A stretch of 63,751 bases of DNA, filler included, from Phoronis australis (taxonomy: Eukaryota > Animalia > Phoronida), in NCBI GenBank assembly GCA_002633005.1. It is 5 parts of 5 records of this genome, joined end to end, with 100 filler letters (N's around TTAATTAATTAA, not from the genome) between each part and the next. Parts side by side here need not be neighbours in the genome. Positions count along the whole stretch, not along the records: positions 21,899 to 49,470 come from NMRA01000093.1; 4 more parts are not named here. One strand, written 5' to 3'. Both the position numbers and the translations under genes were made by a program. Below, one piece after another: positions 34,506 to 47,704 of the stretch (position 1 is its first letter; each line of letters begins with the position of its first letter). The notes beneath the pieces were generated by a model. It searched no databases and was not told the DNA's origin. It saw nothing but the letters and a program-made list of their open reading frames with translations.

Positions 34506-37500
34506 TTAAGTTCCAATGTTTACTACTAGTAGTGATAATGAGGGTGTCCGGAAGTTGATACTTTCTAAGTTATAAATATAACAGCAGTACGAGAGCTGTA
34601 CTGCTCTAGCTAGAGAACAGGCGAGTTTTTCTAATCAAATACTGGATTTAATCACTATCTCTCCATCCACGCACAATCACAAAGCACAGCTGACAGACAC
34701 TAAATGCTAACTTGTGAATACAGTAAAATCAAAATAGACAAATTAATTGGCAAATACCAATGCAAATAGTACTGAACCATGAGAATCTAATGTAACTGAA
34801 TGTGACTAAACGTCTTAGACAGAGAAATTCACTGACCAACCTACGACATTTCGGCATTAGTAGTAATAGAATACAGAATGCGACAATTGTTAAATAATGT
34901 CATGCCACAAACTGCAATGTAAAGCACAACTGGTGCGTATTTGCAATCGGCACCAGGTGGCACTGGCGCAGAGAAGGGTTTCAAAACATTGAACAACTAA
35001 AGAAATTCCGCTTCACCGAATCAATTTTCAAAATAATACATTCCTAAAGGAATGGTGTGGTTGTCTTTGAACTAGTCTAAATTTTCAAATTTGCGTATCT
35101 TTTCAGGGTGTTTTGTGCTACAAGGGGACCCCTCACATTCCGCTGTGTAGGAGCACCAAGATTCGTTACACGGATTGGCGAATCTGAAAATATTAAAAAA
35201 ACAGTGATTGTTAAAACAGAGCTTCCTTGTGTTTGTGGTAATATATATGTTACTGACTTAAATGGGGAAACCATCAAATCTGAGTAAAACCAATCCTTAA
35301 AATTTTGTGCACTATCAGCTTTCCGATGGCTATATTTCGAGAAAATCGGGCAAGTCATGCTCACCATAGCTATTGTGGCGACTTTCAACAATTGCATAGC
35401 CAATATGATGGAAGCGCATTGCAAGCATACTATTGCAACAGGTTTTCAACTGTTTGTTTTTTTTAAATTTCACTGGAATTGTTACGATATAGTGCCGCAT
35501 CATCAACATTGTCAAGTCCTTGTGAAGCTAATTACGAACTGTCAGTTGCACGCAGCGGCATATCCACAACTCTAAACCTAATTTAAGCCCATTCAATTTT
35601 ATCTCAGTTATTATGTATGGTGGTGCACCACCACCACAAATATGGTCGCTGTAGTCACACTTGGCTTGCATCGTGGATATTCGCTCAACTTTTGCGGTTT
35701 GTAATGAGGTCACCGCGGAAATTCAATGCCCATTTTTTAAAAAATCAAAAAGTAATAGTAAAATAAGGCAAACGCAAACAGGGCTGAAATGTTTATAGTT
35801 TAGTGATATCTTTCCACTTACGAAACTCATTGTGTGATCTAAATTGATGAATTAAGGGAAAAGTACCTTTAAGAATGTCTTCAAGCAGATTTATTATTTA
35901 GTATAATAAATGTTTATTCAACGAAAGTTTTGACTGGTTATGGTAGGCTTAGGTATTAATTGTTCATTTAATGTTTTCAGGTGGAAGTATGATGCAATGT
36001 GCTTAATTTTGGTAACATTAGTATAAAATAACGATTGTTAGATATATGTGGCGGGACGGGCTACTCATGTTCTGAAGCCCATTGTGACGTCTAGCTATTT
36101 GTTGGTCAGTCATTGATAGGCACATGCCCATCCGGGTTCTCAGGAGAGCGCGTGGTTTGAGTCAGTCTTTTAGCGGAGTTTGTGAAATGTGGTATCGTTG
36201 ATATAAGCAAAATATATGATTAAACTGCAGTCGCTGGTCTTTTTATTATTTTCTTGTGAATCGCGAACCCGTAACTTATACATGTTACATATCGATGAAA
36301 ACGTGTTACATTCTATATTTTAAGACATATAGATTTGTTTGGTAGATACCTCCATGTACGTCTCGCTGGTTCTACAAGTACTTGTCACATTTGAGAGGGC
36401 AATCCCTAGATATTCGTAATTATTATTTGATCAATCTAGAGCATAATCAACTAAACGAAATTCGATATGTGATCGTAATACTAACAGGTAAAAGGTCTTC
36501 AGTTAAAACACAATCATAAGAAATGGTTTTTAAAGAAACTCCTCTCCAAAAGGTCCTTGTAGTGGAGATGGGTATATTCATAGCCCAGCTGTACATGCCA
36601 GTCGATCAGTTTTGTAGGTTTCCCTTCCCGGACATTCCACGGACAAACTATGCTAAAAAGAAAGCGCCGTTTTTAGTCGTAAACCATTTCCCAACTTGAG
36701 GACGGACCGATACAAATCCCTTCTGACTTGCTGAAGCAGGGAACATTGTCAAATTTCGGACCGGAGTGGCGGATTTTCTATTAGGAAAATGTCTGAGTGA
36801 AAATTTCAGACGCAGGACACCTTCAGAAAACTGGTATTATTTGCAACTATACTGACCTGCAGTCGCGTGTCTTCCAGCTGCGAGGAACGAAACTAAGAAA
36901 AATTTTCTCCAGGTATCTGGAGGTCAAATGGTATTACTAAAAGATGCAATGAAAAATTATTGCTTTGTTTTGTTTTGTTTTGCCAGGAGGTTTACAAATC
37001 ACTTTCTTACACTTTACAAATGAAAAGTTGTGAGTCTTTTCACTACAAAAGCGCTTCAGCTGGCCACAGAAACTTCATTCTGTCTAATATTTTGGGTCCT
37101 TTCACATTCACGGAAAAGGAAGCAAGACATAGGCAAAAATGGCAAAACGCAAAACTTGGATTTTCATCTCAAACCCACTTCTCTGCCAATGTTTGACACG
37201 AGTAACACTCGATTCCGTATGCCAATTGCCTATAGATTCCACAAAATTGGACGAAAAGAGCTGTCATTTTATCAGATTTTTGCAATTCTGGGTTGTTTGA
37301 GGACTACTTCAAATTGCACTAGATTCCTCAGTCACTGCAGTATAATGCAACATCGCAACAGGGGTCAGTCGTTTTGAAGAAAATAAAACCTATAGCCAAT
37401 GTGATGGACTGTTTTGATTCAAAACATGTTCATGAGAACAAGCAAACCAGATTCTTTAAACCTACTTCCAATACACTCCCGGTCTATTCCACAAATTCTC

Positions 37501-37959
37501 AGTCTAACACTGCAGTGCCACCAAAGCAAGGGAGAATCTATGCTTTGACACCAACGAACCCTTGAGAAAAAACCTAGTTCCCCTAACGCCTCCCCTTTCA
37601 TTTACTCCCCCGGTCGATTGTTATATCAAAAGTCCGTCTTTGAAATTCTCACACACCATTTAAAAATCTTTTCAAATTGCATTTTTGCCCGAATTTTATG
37701 TCTCGTTCATGATGACAAACAAACACTTAATGACATGCTTTCACATCACACGCTCCTGTTACATCACTATGCAGGCCCAAATTGAAGCAGCTACATTTGC
37801 GTTTTGTAATTTGACCAAGCATTGTTTTGACAATTTGTACCGATTTCGCGCAAAATGAGAAGAGTATTAGCAGTAAAGGTACATGCACTCAGGTTTGCGT
37901 CTTCGTGTGTGCGTGCGTGTGTGCATGCGCGCACTCATGGGGCGAAGTGGGCAGAAAGG

Positions 37960-38140
37960 TTCGCCTCAGAGAAACAAAAAGTCCAAGAAAACGAGACAAA
38001 AGTCCACTCAAAAGGAGCGAACGCACTCTGATCGTGTGTTCCCCCGTTTTTAGTTTTTTAGTCTACCGAATTTTTTGATAGTAAAAAGTCCATATTACCA
38101 ATAAATCGAGCCCCCTATGTGATAGGCTGGGTGCGCGCGT
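37960..38140 (+). repeat. Dispersed repeat end shared with 61690..61895
   Basis: cgcctcag(a/c)gaaacaaaaagt...ttttagtc...agtaaaa(a/g)gtcc...tcgagccccc...gtgcgcgc at both loci. Confidence 0.65.
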
Positions 38141-38232
38141 GCGTGCGTGTGTATTAGTTATTCTTTTTAAACAAGATGGCCGAAACATAATACCGCGCTC
38201 CCATTACAATTACATTTCAACATAAGTACAAG

Positions 38233-38266
38233 CAGGAAGAGATAACCACCTGGTTATCTCTTCCTG
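38233..38266. mobile_element. 34-bp inverted-repeat-only remnant between 7-bp direct repeats; probable transposon excision footprint
   Basis: gtacaag|CAGGAAGAGATAACCA cc TGGTTATCTCTTCCTG|gtacaag: perfect 16-bp inverted arms with CA..TG termini. Confidence 0.6.
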
Positions 38267-38629
38267 GTACAAGCGATAAGTATGTTTCCCAAAATGGTTA
38301 GGGGCTCTTAAACCGGCAATAAACCCGCAATCCGGCGCAAAACATTTATGTATTTTGATCACGTACCATTATGAAATTGGTCTCAAAGTGATCCTTTGTA
38401 AAATTAGAGGTGATTTTATGGCTTCGAAAAAGTCACAGTTCGTTGTTGTTTGACGCTTTGCAAGTTGGCTTGCACCGACCGTCGTCATAAGGAAAAAAGA
38501 ACTGTCAGTGATTTACAACCAAAAAATTACTTCTCGTCAACTTTATTGCGGAACACGGGTTTATAAGCGCTTTAATGTTTAACGTGGAACTAGGCTCATA
38601 TTTTTGAAGCCCTTGAAGTTACTATCGAA

Positions 38630-39721
38630 TCATTTCGTTTTCATTAAATTAAACAGATGGTCAGTATAACGTAGCTCAGCTCTCGTCAGTTGTTGGCAAA
38701 TATTGGTCAGTATTCTGTCTTCTTTGAGCTGAAAACCAAGAGATCCTGGGGAAAATGGCTTCTGATTAGCCATCCGTGGATCGTTCATTTGCGCTCCGGT
38801 TATGGTCTTGCCAACACAAAAATCTTTCCAATAATTTGACATGTGTCTTAGCTTTTCAACTTCCCGACGCATTCTTGTTTCGCCGAAGTTCCGTATTTTA
38901 TCTTTCAAAATGTCTAACACGGTCGTGTACAAGTTAAAATCTCCACGATTTCGCTGTAGAATCTGTCGTTTTTCGGAGGCTGTGAGATTAGTTTTGGACG
39001 CACGCACATTGTGCAAAAAGTATACAATATCATGAGTTTCCCAGCTGAACAGTTCCTTCAACAAGACAAGAGATTCATCGAAATATTCAGCAATGAGCAC
39101 TAGATCAAACACTTGGACGACTTCCTCTATTTTACTATTTACGGCTGTTGCGTTGTCCATGTCTTTTTCGTCTAATCCCAAGTCGTAAAGCTGGACATTG
39201 CGAGTAGCCATACCGAAACAGTGGGTAATGTTACTATACAGAGATTCCTTTTCCAAGAACTTCGACATCGAATTCGATGTCATATGCATACACGATTTGC
39301 CAAAAGAGAAAAAACTGAATTGTGACTCAAACACTGCTACAGGGTGACGCAAAATCGTTACATATTTCGCAAAGGAGGGCATGAAACTTCTGATGGAAGT
39401 GTGATTAAATCTTGCGTGGTGGCACATGATATTTTTTGTTTGGTCAAGCCTTGCAACGAAATTCCGGACATTTTTAGACGGGTATCCTAACTGATATTTG
39501 TTTCCGCCAGCTGGTAACGCAAATGTCAAATTATAAGTTTCTCCATATCTCATCAAAATATTTTGAAGTGTACAGCTACCCGTTTTATGCGTTTTCAAGA
39601 AAACAATATTCTGGACCTTTTCCAAGTTGGTTTGTGTTTTTCGCAGCTGTGCCGTAAAATAGAATGTCACAAGAAAGCATGCTGTAGCTACAATTACTTT
39701 GCGTAGACGTCCGCGCTTCAT
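38630..39721 (-). CDS. GAL3ST: Galactose-3-O-sulfotransferase family protein (type II Golgi membrane sulfotransferase)
   Basis: Uninterrupted ORF; probable ATG at 39721 (MKRGRLRK, then a hydrophobic anchor VIVATACFLVTFYFTA). 5'-PSB motif FLKTHKTGSCTLQNILMRYG, 3'-PB motif YVTILRHPVAVFESQFSFF, and FDLVLIAEYFDESLVLLKELFSW. Splice acceptor ttttaatttcag at 39789-39790 implies an upstream exon. Paralog cannot be assigned. Confidence 0.93.
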   Translation of the reverse strand: MKRGRLRKVIVATACFLVTFYFTAQLRKTQTNLEKVQNIVFLKTHKTGSCTLQNILMRYGETYNLTFALPAGGNKYQLGYPSKNVRNFVARLDQTKNIMCHHARFNHTSIRSFMPSFAKYVTILRHPVAVFESQFSFFSFGKSCMHMTSNSMSKFLEKESLYSNITHCFGMATRNVQLYDLGLDEKDMDNATAVNSKIEEVVQVFDLVLIAEYFDESLVLLKELFSWETHDIVYFLHNVRASKTNLTASEKRQILQRNRGDFNLYTTVLDILKDKIRNFGETRMRREVEKLRHMSNYWKDFCVGKTITGAQMNDPRMANQKPFSPGSLGFQLKEDRILTNICQQLTRAELRYTDHLFNLMKTK

Positions 39722-41375
39722 TGTTATGGTTGGTAGCCAACAGGTGGCGCTTTGTAGCAGGCAGGACACCACTCAGAAAGCGGAATATCTGAAATTAAAA
39801 ATGAACACTTAAATTTGATTGAAGCATCGGAAAATGTGAACGAGATGTAATATTTTCACTTGGCGAAATGAAATTTTGCTAAGTATGACGCTCTATCGTC
39901 ACATTTTTCTCATCCAATCGACATGGAATGTGTACAACTCGTGAAAAGAGTTTCGCTGATTGGGGTAAAAATAGGACACAAGATTGCGCTGTGACCTAAG
40001 CAAGTTCAGGGACGTGTCTCAGTCCTAACTACCAAAACCGGAAGATACCCGGTGATCCACAGTGATGCGACCAATACAATGGCGCACCGTCCTCCGCGCT
40101 TTTTCATTCGATATCGCCTGGTGTCGCTCTTCAAAGTGTATTCGCTTCAGTTGTTGCAATTGCATGCAGTTCTAAACGAAAAGCAAAAGCACCATTTAGT
40201 AGCATATTTTTGTGTACTGCGAAAGTGTTTGAAACACTGAGGCGAATGGGGCAAGAGAAGAACGCTTTATCACACCTCACTCATACAACTGTGGACAAGT
40301 GCCTTGAAGCATTGCGGGTAAATACGGAAGAAATAGAGATGTCGCTGTAGTGTTCCGGGAAACTTCTAATATATTCAGTACTCTACATTTCATCACTTTT
40401 CCCGTTTTCATAAACGGATTATTATATAATTACAATCCCGGCTCCATTACCTTGCCGGCTCCCGTAGCCCGTTGATATGGAGCTGTTTACATTTCCTAGT
40501 GTATATTTACATCGGAGTATATGTTTACGCACGGTATGTATTTCTGTCATGTAAATGCAAATACACCCGGATGCAAAGCTATACTTGGGTACATACTTAC
40601 AAAATCTTCAGAGTTCGAGGAAACATGCACTCGCAAGCGCGCATCCTCTGTTGTTATATGTACTTTGGAAGGGTCTTCTATTACATTGGTGCTACTAATG
40701 AGTAAATCTTGTATCACGGTTTTATTGAAGATGCACCATACCTAAGACGTTCAACAGGCATATTTATAACGTTTCCAGGACAAATCACCTCTTTGATTTA
40801 CTTTCCAAAAAATCGTTTTTCACTGCGAACGCTGAAATTCCAAAAAGTCATGAACGCCATCAAACCATCCTGTAATTATTTAACCAGTCCCAGTAATCTC
40901 ACATAAAATAAAGAATTATTCGAATACAGGAACCATTTTTCGTTAAATGAAAACCGTTAACAATATTTTGATTATGATCATTGATATTTGATTTCCGTCG
41001 TTACAGCTGATGCAATTGGGAAATCCCAAGTTTGTTGCACTGCCACCATTTGTATTATTCAAATGGTCACCTTGCCTCAAAAATCGTGCGTTGCATTATA
41101 CCAAGTAATGGGTTGTCGCTGCTAATTTCATGCATGCCTATTGTGAACAGGAAAACAGTGTTTTTGCAACTCAGCTTTAACGGTCGATAAATAACTGTAA
41201 ACGAATTGGAATCAAGTGAAAAATCCTGGCACGAAATTGTCATTCTAACTATTGATGACTGATTAACATAAACATTTTCAAAATCGGTGGACCGGTTTCA
41301 AAAGTAAAGAGCGAAGCCCTATAATGGGTGTGTTGAAAACACGAACAGAGATAACTGTGAATGAAGTTGACTTCA

Positions 41376-42330
41376 AGGAGAATGCCACCCAAAAAACAAC
41401 GTAGTTTGTATCAATTTAGAACGAGTAGTACCACTCGATAACAGCAAGTACAGCTGCTTTATCTGACACCTGACAGCAGACATAGGTTGAAATTAACCAA
41501 TGACGTCAGAGGTTCGAATGCAGTCTGTTCAGCGGTTCACAACACGCTTACTGGTGTCAGCTGATCGCTTGAATTCATCGTTTTACACCAATAAATCATC
41601 AAAGTTCGATGTAAAACCCTTACAAATACACCGAGTAATTGAACAAACGTGTTGTTTTATTTCGCTGTTACGGATTTTTAGGTATTTGAACGTACCGTAG
41701 CCTACAAAGTTCGGTAGGCCAATTTATCAATGTCGGTAGCGGGATTTTGGGGTCTGTTCGGTGATAAATGCAAAAAATTCGTCCGTGAAATACAGACAGG
41801 AGAACATAGTTGTGTGTTGTAATTTTAGACGCGATTTTTTCTGTTCTAAACACACAAAACGCTTGCTATCCCTGGCAGTGGCTCGGAACCCGACCAGGCC
41901 CATTGCGGCCGGACTGAAGACATTACGAACATAATCCAGCCAAAGTTGGAAACTAAACTAGACTATACTAGTGAGCCATAGAAAACTGTGTATGTGATTA
42001 TTTTGGTGAATTAGTCGCAAAACTGCAAATCTACTTACTAGCTCGTCGTGGGCCGCGAAGTCAGGTTACCCTTCCACATAACCGTCAGGGCAAAAATTGT
42101 ACAGTAACAATGATTCGAACAATGTATATGAAAAGGTAATTAAAGATTTCCCTAACATGTGACCATAGGATATATAATCGAATTGTTGTGTTTTACAACA
42201 TCTTTCTGTCAGCAAACACTGAATCAGCAAGCGCTCACACGGCCTCGGGACCCGGTCAATTAGTTTGTTGCATCTAAAGCCGGCAAAGCAGGGATTTATT
42301 CATTGCTGGCTTCTCAAAACATTTGCAACA
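41376..42330 (-). mobile_element. Kolobok-like element, left-arm partial copy
   Basis: ttca|AGGAGAATGCCACCC start; colinear with 32827..~33810, then truncated. Confidence 0.8.
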
Positions 42331-42522
42331 CTCCAAATCCTGGATCTGCCCCTGGGACAATCCCGGGGATGAAGCCATCAAGGGTTAAGTAACCGTGAAC
42401 CAACACGGAAAGTAAGAATGGGGCTAGGACCAGTAAACTGACTGGTAGCGAGGAGCTGCCTCAAGTAGCTATAGCTGAGATCTAACAGTGTGAATATACG
42501 AAATTCCCGATGAACTTATTAA

Positions 42523-44171
42523 AGGAGAATGCCACCCAAAAGACAACCTATTTTGTGTCAAATTACATCGAGTAGTTCCACTCGATAACAGCAAGTTCAG
42601 TTGTTTTACCTGACACACACCTAACGGCAGACGGAGGTTCTGAAATTAACCAATGACGTAATCGGTTCGAACGCAGTCAGTTCAGCCGTTCACAACACGC
42701 TTACTGGTGTCAACTTATCGCTTGAATTCATCGTTTTACACCAATGAATCATCAAAATTCGATGTAAACCCATTACAAATACATAGAGTTCTTGAACAAA
42801 CGTGTTGTTTTATTTCACAGTTTTGGATTTATAGGTATCTGCACGTACCGTAGCCTACAGAGTTCGGTAGGCCAATTTACCATGGTCGATAGCGGGAGTT
42901 TGGGTCTGTTTGGCGATAAATTCGAATCATTCTTCCGTGAAATACACACGGGGGAACATAGCTGTGTGTTGTACTTTTAGACTTGTGATTTTTCAGTTCT
43001 AAACACACAAAACGCTTGTAACTCCCGCCGACAGTGCCTCGGAAAGCGATCAGGCCAGTCGCGGCTGTCGGGACTGGACATCACGAACATAAACCAGCTT
43101 AAGTTGAAAACAAAACCTCCAGTGACCCAAAGAAATAATGTGCACATAATTATTTAGGTGAATTCGCCACGAAATTGAAAATCCACTTCCTTGTCGGGGG
43201 CCGCGAAGTCAGGTTCCCCTTACACAGAACCGTCAGGGCAAAGGTTTAATGTACAGTAACAATGATTTGAATAATGTATCTGTATATCTAAATAAAGATT
43301 CCCTTAACATGTGACCATAACATATAAAATCGAGTTATTGTTTCACAAAAGCTTTCTGTCCGCAAACACTGAATTAGCATGCGCTCACACGGCCTCGATG
43401 CCCGGTCAATTACCTTTATTGCAGATAAAGCCGGTGACGCAATGGTTTATTCATTGCTGGCTTCTCAACACATTTGCACTCACGAATGTTCCAAAAGCAT
43501 TTACAAATTGTATCTAATGAGACAGACTTTGTTTTCGTTTTATATATTCATTGGTTAGGGTGAGAATAATTCATTTTGAAACTGAACGCAGAATAATAAA
43601 CGTCTACATGGCAACTCGCCCGGCGCCAATCCCGACTTAATCGAGACCGGCTCATCCGATGAAGACTTCACGGGTCGGATCTTTAGGTTTCACTGACTAT
43701 CAGTTCGAACCGGAATACACTGATCAAGAAATACATATATAGAGAGAGGCGCCGTGAACATGAACAGGCAACAGAACGCAAGGATAGTTTTTTGGTAAGC
43801 CGGAATTCGTCTGTGAAATCACTGTCGACGAAATGCCGGTCACAGACACGGAGAGTTTCACGGCCTAATACTTGCTATTAACAGCGTACCGCGAGCCACT
43901 TCCTACGCATTTCGGGCTCTCGAGGAAGTCAAAAAACGATATACCCGCTTTCTTTACAGCTTCATGGTTTGGACAAGCGGGAACGATGCACTGCAATGTA
44001 GCGGCATTCACTCTGCAGATGAACCACTGACGTCGCTGCGTCGTTTCACACCTTTATCACAGGTTAACGCGACAGCTATCGGCAAGATGAGGTCGACCGT
44101 ATAAGAGGCGATGTGGATATAGACCGATTAAGACGGTAAAAAAGACTAATTAAATCGGGTGTCATTCTCCT
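42523..44171 (-). mobile_element. Full-length non-autonomous Kolobok-like element with a THAP remnant
   Basis: TTAA|AGGAGAATGCCACCC ... GGGTGTCATTCTCCT|TTAA; colinear with 32827..34505. Confidence 0.82.
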
Positions 44172-44405
44172 TTAAAGCAAGATGCTGGTCAGCTCAGGTG
44201 TGAATCACTCGAGAAAGGCAGCTCGTACGGGCTGTCTGCGCTCGCTCTAAGGTCAAGATTCGTTTAATAGTGATCCACTTTCGGGAAAACTTTATTTTAT
44301 TATGGTCATTCTTCGACGGAGTTTTTTTGAAAAGGTGAGGTCCCGAAGTCCCTGGTGTAGGGTCTTTGNNNNNNNNNNNNNNNNNNNNNNNNNNNNNNNN
44401 NNNNN

Positions 44406-45535
44406 GCCAGTCGCGGCTGTCGGGACTGGACATCACGAACATAAACCAGCTTAAGTTGGAAACAAAACCTCCAGTGATCCAAAGAAATAATGTGCACATA
44501 ATTATTTAGGTGAATTCGCCACGAAATTGAAATTCCACTTACTTGTCGGGTGCCGCGAAGTCAGGTTCCCCTTCCACAAAACCGTCAGGGCAAAGGATGT
44601 ACAGTAACAATGATTTGAATAATGTATCTGTATATCTAAATAAAGATTCCCTTAACATGTGACCATAACATATAAAATCGAGTTATTGTTTCACAACAGC
44701 TTTCTGTCCGCAAACACTGAATTAGCATGCGCTCACACGGCCTCGATGCCCGGTCAATTACCTTTATTGCAGATAAAGCCGGTAACGCAATGGTTTATTC
44801 ATTGCTGGCTTCTCAACACATTTGCACTCACGAATGTTCCAAAAGCATTACAAATTGTATCTAATGAGACAGACTTTGTTTTAGTTTTATATATGCATTG
44901 GTTTGGGTGAGAATAATTCATTTTGAAACTGAACGCAGAATAATGAACGTCTACATGGCAACTCGCCCGGCGCCAATCCCGACTTAATCGAGACCGGCTC
45001 ATCCGATGAAGACTTCACGGGTCGGATCTTTAGGTTTCACTGACTATCAGTTCGAACCGGAATACACTGATCAAGAAATACATATAGAGAGAGAGGCGCC
45101 GTGAACATGCACAGGCAACAGAACGCAAGGATAGTTTTTTGGTAAGCTGGAATTCGTCTGTGAAATCACTGTCGACGAAATGCCGGTCACAGACACGGAG
45201 AGTTTCACGGCCTAATACTTGCTATTAACAGCGTACTTTTCATTCTTCACTACCGCGAGCCACTTCCTAAGCATTTCGGTCTCTCGAGGAAGTCAAAAAA
45301 CGATATACCCGCTTTCTTTACAGCTTCATGGTTTGGACAAGCGGGAACGATGCACCGCAATATAGCGGCATTCACTCTGCAAATGAACCACTAACGTCGC
45401 TGCGTCGTTTCACATCTTTCTCACAGGTTAACGCGACAGCTATCGGCAAGATGAGGTCGGCCGTATAAGAGGCGATGTGGATATAGACCGATTAAGACGG
45501 TAAAAAAGACTAATTAAATCGGGTGGCATTCTCCT
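44406..45535 (-). mobile_element. Kolobok-like element; probably a redundant allelic copy of the 42523 insertion
   Basis: Near-identical to 43055..44171, followed by the same ~190-bp flank (44172-44368 vs 45536-45731), and preceded by an N gap. Confidence 0.8.
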
Positions 45536-47344
45536 TTAAAGCAAGATGCTGGTCAGCTCAGGTGTGAATCACTCAAGAAAGGCAGCTCGTACGGGCTGTC
45601 TGCGCTCGCTCTAAGGTCAAGATTCGTTTAATAGTGATCCACTTTCGGGAAAACTTTATTTTATTATGGTCATTCTTCGACGGAGTTTTTTTGAAAAGGT
45701 GAGGTCCCGAAGTCCCTGGTGTAGGGTCTTTGGGAATGTTTCAAAATGCCTAGTTGAAACACGACCGGTAGTCCAGTTTCTGGTAGCTGGGGAAAAGGAT
45801 AGTGTGTCCCAAAAATGTATACACTTTCTAAACGCCTGGAGTTCAAATTCAGTTCCCGTGGATCGCTGAGATTCTGCGCGAGCCTACTACATGGTTACAT
45901 CTTGTTTTTAACGTAGGTACGTCAGTCATGACGTGCACGCAAATCAGGAAAAGCAATCAATTCAGTTTTGAAGAGCAAAAATTCAATGCTCAATACTACT
46001 GGAAACTAAAAACACCAAGGAAGTGCAAAGACAACCTTTCCGAGCAAGGAGTTTAATTTAATTTATTTAAGGTTTTTTATAACGTTTTTTCTATTTACGG
46101 TTTGTGAGTCCGAATTTCATCAATATCTCTGAGAGTTATTTTAGATATGCAAAAATCGTCTATAAGTGTACTTTACTATTTGGAATTCGGATTATAGAGT
46201 TTTTCCAACTTCAGGCATTAATTAAATTCATTGAAACATCATCAATTTTTACAAGATTAGCTTCCAATTGTCAAAAATCATCTATGAATCTATCGATTTT
46301 CGTAGATACATAAACAAGTAAATCAGAAACCAATGAATTTCTTTATCAAAACGGAATGTTATAACCAATTTCCGCATGCATGCTTGCACACTCTTGACGG
46401 GTAACCGGGGTAAAATGGGGCATTCGTATTAAGGTGTATTTTTGCTCATTTCAGAGGTAGCTATAACGGTTCACGAGGTAAACTTGAACTCCGCTGACAA
46501 AGCGACACTGAAATCTTTGTTTATGATTGCGAGAGTTCTTTGAGTACCCCTTTTCGATATGTACACGGTCATCACAAATAGTAGCCTAGACAGCAGTGTT
46601 TTCAAATATCAGGAAATGCGCAGCAATTGATGTTATCTGCCCGGTCATCAATTTTTATCAAGTAATATACAGTCTCGAGAAAAAAGCGAGTTATCTCCGT
46701 CATCCCTTGCCAGAGAGGGGCATCTGGAAAAACATAGTTTTGAATTCGCAAAATTGACTCATTGAATTTAAAAATCCAGAAAATTAGTACGCTCCGCAAA
46801 ATTACAAATTTCAAATTTTCTCGATTTTTCGAAATATATGTACATGTACGATTCAGTAATTTCGTGCACGTTTTCAAGTGCGATTAGACGACCAGTGCTG
46901 CAAAAGCGGAGACCCTAAGGACATTGTACTGGCCATGGTCCTCAAAAGAAAAACCATGCACTGATGTAAGGTTGTTAAATGTTCTCTTGAATTTTCTCTT
47001 TTATCCGTATTTCGCAATCTTTTTTTCTCGACCGTTCACGGCCCCACGCCTATGTCGGTTGCCACGGTTTAACTCCGACACTTGAAAATTTGGGGGGCCG
47101 TGTCCCCCTGGCCTCACGCTCCTTACGGCCCTGTTATGACGTTTTTAGGGCTGAGAAAAAGAACTAGCGAAAACATCCTATACTCAGAGGACGAAACAGA
47201 AGCCTCACGAACGAGTCAGTCATCAAACAAGTTACATAAAACGTTATGTTCTCACGCCTTGAATTAATTGTAATTGTTTATGTTTTCATGGCAAACTACA
47301 ATTCTCCATAATCAAAAACCGATCAACAACCAATCCGAAGAAAT

Positions 47345-47704
47345 GCAGGCCACTGACAGATACGTAGAAGTTTCACGGCCTCATACTTGGTATTAACGGC
47401 ATACTTTTCATTTTTCACTACCGCGAGCCACATCCGAAGCATTGTGGGCTCTCGAGGAAATCGAAAAAACGATATACCCGCACTCCTTGCAGCTTCATAG
47501 TTCGCCCCAAGAGGGAACGATACACCACACCATAGCGGCACTCACTCTTCAGAAGAACCACTGACGTCGCTGCGTCGTTTTTCACCTTCCTCACAGATTA
47601 ACGCGACACCTCTCGGCGAGGTAAGATCGACCGCATACGAAGTGACGTTAATATTGACTGATTAAGACGGTAAAAATGCTAATTAAATCGGGTGACATTC
47701 TCCT
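47345..47704 (-). mobile_element. Kolobok-like element, right-arm partial copy with a THAP remnant
   Basis: ORF 47323..47541 contains AGISFFRFPREPTMLRMWLAVVKNEKYAVNTKYEAVKLLRIC (THAP FxFP...W...LRxC pattern); ends GACATTCTCCT|TTAA. Confidence 0.8.

Noticed and set aside
36036-36277. Possible solo LTR (TGTTAG...GTAAC with ATTAAA)
   Set aside because: No terminal CA, no matching target duplication and no second copy in the window.
6604-39721. Functional cluster of a galactose-type lectin and a galactose sulfotransferase
   Set aside because: The two are separated by an artificial spacer at 21799, so linkage is unproven.
43655-43682. Hammerhead-like ccgatgaagac...gtcgga inside the Kolobok-like element
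   Set aside because: Lacks the CUGA and GAAA core nucleotides.
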